Part shown: positions 38,001 through 52,037 of the stretch, piece after piece | Position numbering within the stretch: position 1 is the stretch's first letter | Layout: each line of letters starts with the position of its first letter | From: Octopus vulgaris | Lineage: Eukaryota | Length of the DNA: 64,000 nucleotides | Direction of reading: 5' to 3' | Assembly (NCBI GenBank): GCA_951406725.2 | Contig: OX597814.1 | Location: 32,302,001 to 32,366,000 of the forward strand | Notes under the pieces: model-generated | Databases searched by the model: none | Told to the model about the DNA's origin: nothing | The model's input: only the letters and a program-made list of their open reading frames with translations | Made by a program: the position numbers and the translations under genes

Positions 38001-38922
38001 ATACGCACTGTGTCCACAATCTCATGGTGCAATGCTACAAAATTACTCCACTCCTAAGCTTGAACAATTAAAGCAGATTGTGAATACAGTTTTTCAGTAA
38101 GGTGGTGCACCATGTCACTTTGCTCTGCAAGTTAGGCAATTTCTAAATGAGGAATTCCCTAACGGAAATGGTTGGAAATGGTAGGCCATTATTTTGGACT
38201 TCACGTTCACCAGATTTGACTGCATTGGATTTTTTTATGAGAACATGTGAAACTTAACCTCTATCTTTAAAAGATTTGAAAGGAAGGATAACTGATATAA
38301 TTGAAGTGTTACTGAAAATCAGCTGGAGAATGTTTTCCGGGATCTACAGAATCGTATTTCTCTCTTTCTATTCGTTATGATGTTGGACATGCTGAGAATT
38401 AACAAGATGAATAAAATTTTAGGTCATATTTTTCTTATCCTTTTCACAGATTAATTCTATCATGTGAGGAAGCACTCCGTCGGTTACGACGATGAGGGTT
38501 CCGGTTGATCCGAATCAACGGAACAGCCTGCTCGTGAAATTAACGTGTAAGTGGCTGAGCACTCCACAGACACGTGTACCCTTAACGTAGTTCTCGGGGA
38601 TATTCAGCGTGACACAGAGAGTGACAAGGCCGGCCCCTTGAAATACAAGTACAACAGAAACAGGAAGTAAGAGTGAGAGAAAGTTGTGGTGAAAGAGTAC
38701 AGCAGGGATCACCACCATCCCCTGTCGGAGCCTCGTGGAGCTTTTAGGTGTTTTCGCTCAATAAACACTCACAACGCCCGGTCTGGGAATCGAAACCGCG
38801 ATCCTATGACCGCGAGTCCGCTGCCCTAACCACTGGGCCATTGCGCCTCCACAATTCTATCATGTATAGTTACGAAGATACAAGTATTTTAAATTGCACC
38901 ATGACTTTATGGACACTCTGTA
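38001..38922 (+). mobile_element. Tc1/mariner-superfamily DNA transposon relic interrupted by a SINE
   Basis: Broken translation FQ*GGAPCHFALQVRQFLNEEFP..FWTSRSPDLTALDFF; TIRs gtgtccacaatctcatggtgcaa and ttgcaccatgactttatggacac. Confidence 0.8.
38466..38852 (-). mobile_element. SINE family C, tail type 1, with 13-bp target-site duplication
   Basis: TSD aattctatcatgt at 38453-38465 and 38853-38865. Confidence 0.93.
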
Positions 38923-39810
38923 TCATTGTTAGGGATTTATGTGTATAATTGCATGGATGTTTTCTTAGAGACTTATTCTCCAAGAAAGACAAAGAGACAG
39001 AAAAGCAGCGACTCCAGTATAAAACTGGTGCTTTAATTATCAATCATGAATGGAAGAAAAGCAAAGAGGATCTCGATGATATTTGATCTGGAGCATCGAC
39101 CAGTCACCGCTTAGAATTATTTGTCATGATTTGTTTTAAGATTTTAAACGGAAAAAGATACCGTGCCTTTGGTCCTTTACATGGCTAGTGAGAGAGACAG
39201 AAAAAAGTATGAATTCTTGTAACCGAATAAACTCCACTAAAGGCATCTGCCTGATGATGGTGTTAGCCCGAGTGATGCATTACACCTTTAGGTGTGCTAG
39301 ATCAGAGCTGTCTTGAGTCTTAACAATTGTAACACCATAAATACCACACCATATAATCCACGAGATATCATATTATACCTAATGACACGGAAGTAATATC
39401 TTTATAGACATTCCTGTCGCAGGACGCGTTAACGCATCACTTAACCAATCCGTATTTTCTCATGTAAACGTAGAAATATAACATGTAATATGCCATGACA
39501 TGCTATCATAACACACAATACGGCTATGCCCCAATACGATAACCTATGTGCTTTCAATCTGCTTGCGAGAAATAGTAGCCATATCATAACAAAAAGGACA
39601 CAGCACGATATTAATACGGTTGGAGCGCTAGCCAATGTTATTCGATCAGGGTCGAATTCAGATTAAACATCATTATCATCGTTACCACCACCACCACCAC
39701 CATCATCGTCGACGTCGTCGTTGTCGTCGTCATCATCGTCGTCATCATCATCATCATCGTCGTCTTCGTCGTTGTAATCACGTTTAACAACAACAATGAC
39801 AATGAACAAG

Positions 39811-40010
39811 ATACGATCATACCACATCCTCGATGACACCGTACCACACGATAGCACACCCATGAGACGACTTTATCGCAAGCCGTCACACCAATAATAC
39901 AACCGTGAAATAAGTCACTTGGTATCTACTACATATTCTTTTTTTCGTTGCTCTGCAGTTTTTTATAGTTTTTTTTTATAAGCCATCAGCACCCTAAGCA
40001 GAACGAGGGC
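39811..40010 (+). repeat. Left arm of an inverted repeat pair of about 200 bp
   Basis: Reverse complement of 42205-42388, roughly 85-90% identity by eye. Confidence 0.8.
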
Positions 40011-40123
40011 CCATATCGCAAGGCAATACAAATTAGACTACCATACTACATTACAACTGTACCAAATCACCAGCGAGCCACTAAATACCATTCTACGGTA
40101 CATTCCATCGCAAGACACAAATA

Positions 40124-40520
40124 TCTTTATATATAAAAGAGAGGTTGTGTGTCTGTCTCCTACGATTTAGATTCCTAACTACTCCCACATTTTGCGGTGC
40201 AGTGTAACCAAAACCGGGTATCTTATAGTCGGGATTCATATCGAGCCCTTCTGGGTATTAGCACGCGTCTACGATGAGTCTACGATTTAAAAAAAAAATT
40301 ACCATAATTTTTCCGTATTTTTAATGCATTTTCGCACGGTTTATATAAGGGAAGTGACTCTCTAAAAATGTAGTATTAAATCTCAGAACGTAAAAAGCTA
40401 CAGTAACACCCCTCCTTTGTGGTTAGCCATATTGAGATGGCTATTATACTTTACATCTCTAAAAATGCTTATATAGTTATTTCCCTTACAAACCCGAGCA
40501 ACGCCGGGTGATACTGCTAG
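40124..40520 (+). mobile_element. Non-autonomous Helitron
   Basis: a|TCtttatatataaaag start; acccg-agcaacgc-cgggt hairpin then gatactgCTAG|t. Confidence 0.78.
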
Positions 40521-41464
40521 TACTATATAAGACAGGAATGGAATTTCAACCGTGTTTCGCGGTCTGCTACCACAACAGCTCCTTTATAGCATCCAGTTAG
40601 CTCAAGACATCATCAGGAGGAACCACGTCCGGTTTCGGCCCCTACTCCTCTACCGTTTTGACGTGGCGCCCTCTCCACCACTTTCGGAGGGGTCTTCAGC
40701 TCTGGTGTTGACTGCATATCTTCTTTCTTCTTCTTTCCCATTACATAACCATTCCATTAAATACTAAGATATAGATTTCGTTATTTCGTTCTCTCGATTC
40801 TCTTTTGCCTTTTTCTATGCAAGCAATCACTACAACCTCTCCAGTACCACCAACACCCACTTCCAACTTGACCTACCCCACTGGAAATAAAACTTGTGAG
40901 ATCAAAGGATAGATAGAAACATGGAGAGTTGAAGGAATCACAGAACGAGTAGAAAACAAATTAATGAAATATGGAAGAATAGAAAGAAGATATGAAGGAT
41001 CGGTGGAAGGCGAAAGAGGGAATGAAAGAAAGAAAGAAATTAGACAGACTTACGGAGAGAAAGAAGCAGAGAGATCAACCTTATCTATACGTGTATATGT
41101 GCGTGCGTGCGTGCGTGCGTGCGTATGTGAGTGTGTGCGTGGATAGATAGAGAGAGGGAGAGAGAGAGAGAGAAGGAAAGAGAGAGCGAGAGAGCGAGAG
41201 AGAGAAAGACAGACAGAAGATGAATAAGGGTTTATTAAATTACATACAATATAATTTCTTTATCTACTGAAAATATCCGTTTACCAGAGAGAGTACCCTA
41301 ATCGATCGGCGGCAACTGGTACTGACCTTTATCTATATATTCATACATACGTATATATGCGTGTGTATATGTGTGTGCGTGTGTGTGTGTGTGTGTGTGC
41401 GTGTGTGTGTGTGCTACTCCTTTTTCGCCTTCTTATTCAATCCGTCATCCATATTTTTTTCATG

Positions 41465-41872
41465 TTACTCTCTTTACTCTTTCTCTTTCATTTGTTTCAG
41501 TCATTTGAATGCGGCCATGCAGGAGCACCACCTTTAGTCGAGCAAATCGACGCCAGGGCTTATTCTTTGTAAGCCTAGTACTTATTCTATCGGTCTCTTT
41601 TTGCCGAACCTCTAAGTTATGGGGACGTAAACACACCAGCATCGGTTGTCAAGCGATGTTGGGGGGACAAACACAGACACACAAACATATACACACACAT
41701 ACATATATACATATATACGACGGGCTTCTTTCAGTTTGCGTCTACTAAATCCACTCACAAGGCTTTGGTCGGCCCGAGGCTATAGTAGAAGACACTTGCC
41801 CAAGTTGCCACGCTGTTGCGGAACCATGTGGTTTGTAAGCAAGCTACTTACCACACAGCCACTCCTACGCCT
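41465..41872 (-). mobile_element. SINE family A
   Basis: Full-length reverse copy. Confidence 0.9.
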
Positions 41873-42204
41873 CCTAATCCTCCTATTCTTCCTTACTTCA
41901 ATCTTTCTTTCTTTCTTTTATATAATGATGGATCGAAAGAATCGTTAAAGCATTGGTGTAAAAATACTTGTTCTTTACGTCCTGAATTCAAATTTTACCA
42001 AAAGCAGCTTTGCCGTTCAACCATCCGGAGTTGGTAAAATAATGTACCTATGACATACTAATGTCGTTTAATTAACTAACACACTACAGCTTTTGGGCGT
42101 GGTTCCTATGTTAGAAACCTTTCTTTCATTGATTGTTTTAATACTTTTATAGATTTTTCTTTCTCTAGGGAGAGATCAGGTGAGAGGGGTGGTGGACCTG
42201 CTAC

Positions 42205-42388
42205 GGCTGGTTCTGCTTAGGGTGCTGGCGGCTTATACAAAACACTGCAGGGAAACGAAAGTAAGAATACCTAGATGCCAAGCGACTTATTTCACGGTTG
42301 TATTATTGGTGTGACGGCTTGCGGTAAGGTCGTCTCATGGGTGTGCTATCTTGTGGTACGGTGTTATTGAGGATGTGGTACGATCGTG
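42205..42388 (-). repeat. Right arm of the inverted repeat pair of about 200 bp
   Basis: Reverse complement of 39811-40010. Confidence 0.8.
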
Positions 42389-43167
42389 TCATGTGTGTGG
42401 TATCTTATTATAAGGTAATATCGTGTATGTGATATATTGTGGTATGGCTGTCTCGTGGTTATGGCATGCTGTGGTACGGTAGTAGCACGCTAGTGACAGC
42501 GTTCGGTAGGTTCGTTCTGTGGGTGTCGTAACTTGTGCCGTCGTATTCTGGGTGTAATACCATGTGGGTACGTTAATAATGTGGGTGTGATATCTTGTGG
42601 TAGACAGCTCAGTCAATGAAACAACTGAAAACTCATCGTCGAAGCAAGTGGAAATCCATTTAGATCTTAATTTGTTTTTGTCTCGTGTTATGGTCGTAAA
42701 GACTTATGATGATATGACTTGGCATCTTGTATACTACACATGCACACACGCACATAAATACACACGCAGGTGAACCCAGACTCATGCATACACGCACGTG
42801 AGCGCAGAAACACGCATACATATATATGTGTGTAGACTCATCAATGTCGTATACAAACTAGAGGTACATAGCAGAAAGTAAATTAAATGAACTTATATTT
42901 CCGGTGATAGAATATCTTACGGATGGATGCGTTGTGTTTAAAATTACAATATATGTCGGAGTTCAGAAGAAAATAGTCTTAGCTGGGTGTTTATTTTCTT
43001 ACAACATGGCAGATATTCCGACTTTCGTGTCTTCAGAGAAGCGAGGAAGAATAGTAAGATCAGGCAGTGTTACAAGAAGACCACAAACACCGAATATCAG
43101 TGAATTTATTCTTCAACAGGATTACTGTATATTATCAACAGTACCATGAAAAGTTTCCCCTTTTGAT

Positions 43168-43790
43168 ATTGGTTTCAAATTTTGGCGCAAGGCCAACAAT
43201 TATGGGGGCGGTATAAGTCGATTACATCGACCCCAGTGTTCCACTGGTACTTATTTAATCGATCCAGAAAAGATGAAAGGTAAAGTTGACCTCGGCGGGA
43301 TTTGAATTCAGAACTTAACGACGGATGAAATGTCATTAAGTATTTTGCCAGGCGGGCTAATGATTCTTATTTCTTTATTGCCCACAAGGGGCTAAACATA
43401 GAGGGGACAAACAAGGACAGACAAAGGGATTAAGTCGATTACAACGATTTCAGTGCGTAACTGGTACTTAATTTATCTACCCAGAAAGGATGAAAGGCAA
43501 AGTCCACCTCGGCGGAATTTGAACTCAGAACGTAGCGGCAGACGAAATACCTATTACTATTTCTTTACTACCCACAGGGGACTAAACACAGAGAGGACAA
43601 ACAAGGACAGGCAAACGGATTAAGTCGATTATATGGACACCAGTGCGTAACTGGTACTTAATTTATCGACCCCGAAAGGATGAAAGGTAACGTCAATCTC
43701 GGGGGAATTTGAACTCAGAACGTAGCGGCAGACGAAATACCGCTAAGCATTTCGCCCGGCGTGCTAATGATTCTGCCAGCTCTCTGCCTT
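43168..43790 (-). mobile_element. SINE family B: older copy plus a dimer
   Basis: Three B cores; junction gaaatacctattactatttc at about 43544. Confidence 0.88.
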
Positions 43791-43959
43791 CGTTTCTGAT
43801 TTGATATTAGTCCGTGTTAGTATATATTTTCGCTGTTCAGGCTTGTCAACTTTGCTCAAACCACTTCTATTTAGAACATTTCATTCGCAATCGTTATATC
43901 TGTTTAAGAGGAACGAAGGATTACATTATCCAAAGCTTCCATTCCGTATTTTATCATCT

Positions 43960-44383
43960 TGAACTTCATCAACAAATGTCTCCGACAGATCCTCCATCTG
44001 AAGTGGTTCGACAGAGTGCCATACACCGACCTGAGGGAAAGGGCCAACCAGGAGTCCATACATTTTCAGATTAGACGAAGGATCGGCCACACACTGCGGA
44101 AAGAACCCTCAAATGTGATACGACAAGCACTTGACTGGAACCTGCAGGAGAAAAGGAAGTGAGGACGCCCGAAGCAGACATGAAAGCAGGGCATTTTGGA
44201 CGAGCTCAGGACCACCGGCCTGACATGGGAAGCAGCCAAGAAACACGCCAATGGCCGCAAAAAGTAGAAAACAACTGTTGAGGCCCTATGCTCAACAAGG
44301 GGCAAAAAAGGAAGAAGAAGAAGAAGAAGAAGAAGAAGAAGAAGAAGAAGAAGAAGAAGAAGAAGAAGAAGAAGAAGAAGAAG

Positions 44384-44413
<30 letters not shown>
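43960..44413 (+). pseudogene. RTE-clade LINE 3' end with (AAG)n tail
   Basis: FINKCLRQILHLKWFDRV...RRRIGHTLRKEPSNVIRQALDWNLQEKRK*GRPKQT, a typical RTE ORF C-terminus. Confidence 0.85.
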
Positions 44414-44414
<1 letters not shown>

Positions 44415-45051
44415 GTAATTCAGAGAGATTTAGTTTCTATCTTCAGCATTGGAGCAAACAGGAGACCCACTCTGTGGTGGTTAGTCCTGAGAGAAATAAC
44501 AACGAAATATATCGTAAATCAACCCCCACATACAGTCAGCACCACTCTGCACACCAGCCCCGCCACCTCAGAAAAATACAAGTCGGGCTTCTATTCATCG
44601 GAAAAAAATTGATAAGGTCAAGGGTGGAATTCGCTTAGCACAACAGCCCCGCCCTAACAAGACTGACCTGGGGTTAAATACAAACAACCGTAAATAATTT
44701 TCACCTCCATCATTGATTCGTGTGAGTGTGTGTGTGTGCGTGTGTGTGTGTGTTTGTGTGGGGGCACTCGTGTATGTTCGTGAGAAAAAGAAAAAGAAAG
44801 CGATAGAGAGAGAAAAGGAAATATTTAAAGGATATGTGACGGGTATCGTATGATTATAATTGCGAGCTGTGAAACTTTACTTCCGCATTTTCTTTCATCA
44901 CCATCACCAAAACCATCACTACTACTACTACAACTACTACTACTACTACAATGTCTGCTGTTGATGCTGCTGCTGCTAATATTGTTGCTAGATGCATTAT
45001 GCCGCTGGATCTTCGTCACACTTTAATGCCTGAAAGAAACGAATCACCACC

Positions 45052-45094
<43 letters not shown>

Positions 45095-45357
45095 AGAACC
45101 AGACTTCTATGAACTAATAAAACATTCATAACTATAAGGTTACACCTCCCAACTCTCTTCACGTGCATCACATTGTCTCTCTCTCTCTCACACTTTCTAA
45201 TCCGTTCTCTCATTCTCTCTTTCTTTCTCTCCCACACTCTTTTGGTATATATGTGTGTGTGCATACATATATACATGCATACATATATACATATATATAT
45301 TTATAAATACTCTTTTACTCGTTTCAGCCATGCAGCCGTGGTCATGTTGGTGCACCA

Positions 45358-45400
<43 letters not shown>

Positions 45401-45602
45401 CATACATACATACATACATACATACATACACACATGCATGCATGCAAACATGCATACATATATCTATACATATACATGCACACTAATACAGACGCATACA
45501 CACATCTATACATGTCTGTATTAGTTTCATTCAAGCACTTTAAAATAAGTAACTAAGTTTATTTTGAAATTTATATATATAGAAGTCAAATCAATTTTAT
45601 GG

Positions 45603-45642
<40 letters not shown>

Positions 45643-45643
<1 letters not shown>

Positions 45644-46184
45644 AGGCGGCGAACTGGCAGAAGATGTGACGGGCTGGCAGAAACGTTAGCACGTCAGGCG
45701 AAATGCTTAGCGGTATTTCGTCTGCCGTTACGTTCTGAGTTCAAATTCCGCCGAGGTCGACTTTGCCTTTCATCCTTTCGGGGTCGATTAAATAAGTACC
45801 AGTTACGTACTGGAGTCGATGTAATCGACTTAATCCGTTTGTCTGTCCCTGTTTGTCTCCTCTGAGTTTAGCCCGTTGTGGGTAGTATAGAAATAGGTAT
45901 TTCGTCTGCCGTTATGTTCTGAGTTCAAATTCCGCCGAGGTGGACTTTGCCTTTCATCTATTCGGGGTCGATTAATTAAGCCCCGGTTACGCACTGGGGT
46001 CGATATATTCGACTTAATCCGTTTGTCTGTCCTTGTTTGCCCCCTTTGTGTTTAGCCCCTTGTCAACTTTGCATTTCATCCTTTCGGGGTCGATAAATTA
46101 AGTACCAGTTACGTAATGGGGTCGATCTAATTGACTTCCCCCCTTCCACAAAATTTTTCGGGCCTTGTGCCTAAATTGGAAAAA

Positions 46185-46186
<2 letters not shown>
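45643..46186 (+). mobile_element. SINE family B multimer
   Basis: Duplicated head start, two 184-bp-type units joined by gaaataggtatttc, plus a third partial core. Confidence 0.88.
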
Positions 46187-46250
<64 letters not shown>

Positions 46251-46270
46251 GTATGTATATCAGATATCAT

Positions 46271-46308
<38 letters not shown>

Positions 46309-46529
46309 CATGTATGCGTGTGCTAATGTGTTTATGTATAAAAAGAAAGAGATTATATTTAGATAGTCAGATTGTTAGATATAAAGATAAAAGAAAGTGA
46401 GAAGAAAAGAAAGAAAGGAAGGAAGGAAGAAAGAGAGAAAGAGAGAAAGGAAACAGAAAGATAGATAGATATATAGATATATAGATAGATAGATATATAG
46501 ATAGATAGATAGATAGATAGGTAGATAGA

Positions 46530-46641
<112 letters not shown>

Positions 46642-46702
46642 AATATTATTGGCATCTTTGTAGATATCTTTTACCGAAGTCCTAGATATCCGAGTCTCGT
46701 CA

Positions 46703-46761
<59 letters not shown>

Positions 46762-46862
46762 TGTTATATACCTACATTTCTGCATACACTATTACCTCTT
46801 CAAAACCGGTGTGCTATAAAGCAAAGCTACGCGCATACAAACAAGCACACGCGGCGTGCATG

Positions 46863-46894
<32 letters not shown>

Positions 46895-47346
46895 TACACA
46901 CATACACATGTGCTTATAGGGTGCACTGACGCATACACATAATCAAGACACACGGAGGCAGATATGCATGTTTGTGCCAGCTACGTGCAAAACAATCCAC
47001 CAGTACGAAGCTACATAGCGATACATACCAAACTTAACACATCCACTTACTTTTGTCGCGATCTATATATATATACGTACACATGTGCGCGCGCAAATGC
47101 TAACACACCAACATACAATCATAAATGCATAGTTACACACGCGCGTATAGACATTAATTCATTTATCTAATCATAAATAGTTATTATTTGTGTCATTGTT
47201 ACTATTCTTATTAATTAATATTATTTATATTATTTATGTTATTATTTTTCTCTTAATGACATCTAGTTCGATAATATATATATATCGACAGCGAAGCCCA
47301 TAGTGCGCGCGCTCACATACACACACACACAAACATACCCACACAA

Positions 47347-47382
<36 letters not shown>

Positions 47383-49584
47383 AGAATATCTATATATACT
47401 GAAAGCTGCAGAAGACGAAGAAAAGATGTATTTTTGAGAGAGATAACAAACAAGGAGAGCAATAATAAACAACAGGAGCGGCGGACTTGATAGCAAGCAA
47501 CAACAAAATTATAAATAGGACCCACATTGAACGTAGCTACGACAACAACAAGAACAACAACAACAAAAAATACATTAAGAGAAACATATAAAACATCAAC
47601 AATAATAACAGCCACAACAAATTTAATAAAAATTTAAACAAAAATAACTTAAAGTAATATAACGAGAGTGTGTGAAAGAATTTATTAGAGAGTAAGAGAG
47701 AGACAAAGACGGAGAGAGGGAGAGTGATAGAATAGGAGAGCAGACGAATATATATATATATATAAAGAAGGAAAGAAAAGATTAAAAATAGAACACACAC
47801 GCGCATACTCACACAAATCCACACATGGCCATATACATATAATATCAGTACATTATTACACACATGGGAAAGCTATAACAATTATATATACAAAATAAAT
47901 AAAAAATACTAAATTTATTCATTTCTTTACGCATGCAGAAGCGCACACGCGCACACACAGACACACATACATACGCGAACACGGCATATGTCTATATACA
48001 CACGTATACGAGGTCTTTAGTTCTCCAGCAGTTCGCTTAAGCCATCGCAGTTTTACGGCCTTGCTGGAGCACCCCTCCCGCTTTTAAAAATTTATCTATT
48101 TAAATGATGTTTTGTTTGAAAGTATATATCATTGCAGCATATTTTCTTCGTCTGTCCGTGTGTCAACAGTAAGCAAAAACAAACAACTACTCCAACAATA
48201 ACAACAATAACAATAACAATAACCACAAGAAAACTTCTATGTTATATGGTACAAGACTCTTATTTACTATACTGTACTGTTACAATGCTGTACTTCCAAC
48301 AACAAGAGCAACAATGATGCTAAAATAAAGAAGAAAACAAACAATAAAACACAAGGAAATTTCTCTGTTAATAATAACAACTTAATAATTTCTTCCTTTA
48401 ACACAACACCAAAGAAAAGCGAAATCTGTAACAAAACAGAGAACTCGAAACGAAAATATATAACTACAAAATTAAATTACACGAATATTTAGAAGGTGTA
48501 TATATTACAAAGTATTACATATATATTTACAGAAAGAAATATACGTATATAAAGACAAAATATCCTACCGACCCTATAACAGTTTTATATACATATTTTT
48601 ACCCCTGGAATCATGATGAGAGATTATGACACCTGAAAATCGATCTTACTTCTTTGACTTACCACTCTATACTTATGGTAAATTTCAAATTTATTTCACA
48701 AATTTCAATTTAATTTTTCTTTTTTTTTTAATATTTGTATTCTATATTTTTGTTGTTGTTGTTGTTGTTGTTGTTTTGGTGGTGGTGGTGGTGGGGGGGT
48801 CTGTTATTCGTTTTGATGTTGCGCCGCTTTTTTAGCCACGGGCGAGTCCTGTTCGAAGTTGTTCTAACTATAACTCCAGCTATCTCATGTTTTCTCTCCT
48901 TCTGTAAGAGCGTGCTTAATACTTACAAACATTGTATATTGTGATCTTGTTTATTTTCCTTCAAGCTGTAATGATTTCAGGGAGCAATGGGTGTTATTTC
49001 TAGCTGATATTAATGACTACATTGAGATCCCATCGTATGCTCGTGGCTGTGTTGCTTTAGTTATATTTTCTGTATGTGTGTTTGTGTGCGTGTCAAATAT
49101 TTGTCTGTATGTGTGTGTTTCTCGCTTACACTGTGCTTCGTAATTATGGAAAAACAAAAGAAAAACACTTGCCTTATTTTTTTCTGTAAAAATGTATTTA
49201 ATTAATTAATTAATTAAATAATTAATCTTTTAATCATTCATTCGTGTGTGTTTTTTCTGATGACCCTAGACCAATGTTAAGTATAAATTTAAGTGTGTGT
49301 GTGTCTAAGTAAATATGTGTGTGTGTGTATGACTTTGTAGGGGTATGTGTAAATGTACGCCACATGCATGAGTGCTTCCTGAATGCGTGTACTTATATGT
49401 ATGTATGTGTGTACGTGCTTGCGTTTGTGTGTGTATGTTTGTGTGTGCGCGTGCGTACGTCTGTGCGTGTGTCTATGTGTGTGTGTATTTTTATATGTTC
49501 ATCTTATTTCCCTCGTTGTATAAGTATGCGCGTGCATGGATATATATATATGTATATATATATATGTATATATATATATGTATG

Positions 49585-49660
<76 letters not shown>

Positions 49661-49763
49661 GAGAGAAAGAGAGAGAGATGCATATATACACCTATATATT
49701 CATACATATATATTTTGCTATATATATATTATTGTTATTATTATTATCATTATTTTTACTATA

Positions 49764-49804
<41 letters not shown>

Positions 49805-49850
49805 TGTGTGTGTGTATACATGTATGTGTGCGTGTGTGTATATGTGTATG

Positions 49851-50039
49851 GGTGCAAGAGTAGCTGTGTCGTAAGTAGCTTGCTAACCAACCACATGGTC
49901 CTGGGTTCAGTCCCACTGCGTGGCACCTTGGGCAAGTGTCTTCTACTCTAGCCTCAGGCTGACCAAAGCCTTGTGGGTGGATTTGGTAGACGGAAACTGG
50001 AAGAAACCCGTCGTGTATATATATATATATATGTGTGTG

Positions 50040-50070
<31 letters not shown>

Positions 50071-50300
50071 TGTGTGTGTGTGTGTGTTTGTGTATCTGTG
50101 TTTGTCCCCCCCTCCAACATTGCTTGACAACCGATGCTGGTGTGTTCACGTCCCTGTAACTTAGCGGTTCGGCAAAAGAGACCGATAGAATAAGTACTAG
50201 GCTTACAAAGAATAAGCTCTGGGGTCGATTTGCTCGACTAAAGGCGGTGCTCCAGCATGGCCGCAGTCAAATGACTGAAACAAGTAAAAGAATAAAAGAA
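49851..50300 (+). mobile_element. SINE family A
   Basis: Full-length copy. Confidence 0.9.
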
Positions 50301-50623
50301 TATGTACATACAAATATATGTATGCATATATGTGTGTATATTCTTTTATATATTCTGGAGCACATATGTATATATGTGTATGGATGGATGGATGGATGGG
50401 TGGAGGGAGGGATGGATGGACGCAAACAAACACACACACACACACTTTGCATTTCTGCTTATGTATGTGTGTATATTTGTCCGATATTCTATTCCTCTCC
50501 TCTTTTATCTATTCCCGTAATGTGTGTGTTTGTGTGTTCGCGAAAGAAAGAGAGAGAAAGAGAAAACGAGAGAGTGAGACAGACAGACAGACAGATAGAA
50601 GCAGACAGACAGACAGACAGACA

Positions 50624-50655
<32 letters not shown>

Positions 50656-50729
50656 GAGAGGTATTTAATGCATGTACGTTTCAGCGCCTGTGTGCGTGTG
50701 TGCGCGTGTTTTTCCGTCTGTTCTACATT

Positions 50730-50771
50730 TGCTGTTGCTGTTGTTGTTGTTGTTGCTGCTGCTGCTGCTGT

Positions 50772-50802
<31 letters not shown>

Positions 50803-51121
50803 GTTGTTGTTGAGGTTTAGACTTCTTTCCACATAGTTTTTTGTCACTTGTTTGATAACAAAAGAGAAAAAACAATTAGGCGTATTCTTCGTTGTTGTCA
50901 TCATCCTCATCATCATCATCACCACCACAACCAACGCCACCACCACCCTCCTCCTCCTCCTCCTCCTCCACCTCCTCCTCCTTCTCATCATCATCATCAT
51001 CATCCTCTTCGTCGTCGTCGTCACCGTCGTCATCATTATCGTCACCATTGTCGTCGTTGTCCACATCATTGCCACCAACACCAAATCATCATCATCATCG
51101 TCATCATTATCATCATCATCG

Positions 51122-51165
<44 letters not shown>

Positions 51166-51576
51166 TTCATCTTCATCAATATCGATATCGTTTCCAATGC
51201 ACTAATGATCATCATCATCATCATCACCCTCAACACCAACACCGTCATAATTCTTATCGCGATTCTCATCTCCTAAATATCATCATTTTCCTCACTATCA
51301 ATCCCAACATCACCCATCACTATCATTAAGATTAGGGCTAGCGTTAGCGTTAGGGTTAGGGTTACCAAAATCAAAATCATGACTAACTTCGTCGTTATGG
51401 CCATCATCATCATCAGCAATAGCAATGGCATTATCATCATCACTGTCTCCATTAACACGGGTGCTATCATCATACTCGCATCATCATCACCATCATCACC
51501 ATCAAAACATCATGATCATCCTCAGCGTCGCCGTCATCATCATCGCCATCAAATCACCATAATCATCATCATCACA

Positions 51577-51648
<72 letters not shown>

Positions 51649-51721
51649 TCATCATCATCATCATCAATCATCATCATCATCATCATCATCATCAAATCAT
51701 CATCATCATCATCGTCATCGT

Positions 51722-51758
<37 letters not shown>

Positions 51759-51840
51759 GTCGTCGTCGTCGTCATCAGCATCGTCATCATCATCATCACC
51801 ACCACCACTACCATCGCTGCCACCGCCACCACCATCTAGC
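50730..51840. repeat. Long compound trinucleotide low-complexity tract ((CAT)n, (CCT)n, (TGT)n)
   Basis: Direct inspection; the ORFs here are homopolymeric artefacts. Confidence 0.9.
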
Positions 51841-52037
51841 TATCACCTCAATCAGCAACACCAGCAACATCAGTCACAACAACCGCCACCGACACCACAA
51901 CCACTGCAGCAGACACTGTTGTCAGCACCAGTCGAACCGGCAAGAAATAACAACGAGTTTTCCCTCACAAAACAGCGGTCTTACAAAAAAATCTACAAGT
52001 GTGCATTGTACAAGGTTAGAACTCCTGCCATCCACGT

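Noticed and set aside
39240-39345. Hammerhead-like CTGATGA-tggtgtta...taacacca
   Set aside because: No GAAA or NUH in register; at best an unprovable relic.
43014-43041. Ultra-minimal hammerhead on the minus strand (CUGAAGA-CAC-GAAA-GUC)
   Set aside because: Neither stem II nor stem III can form; likely chance.
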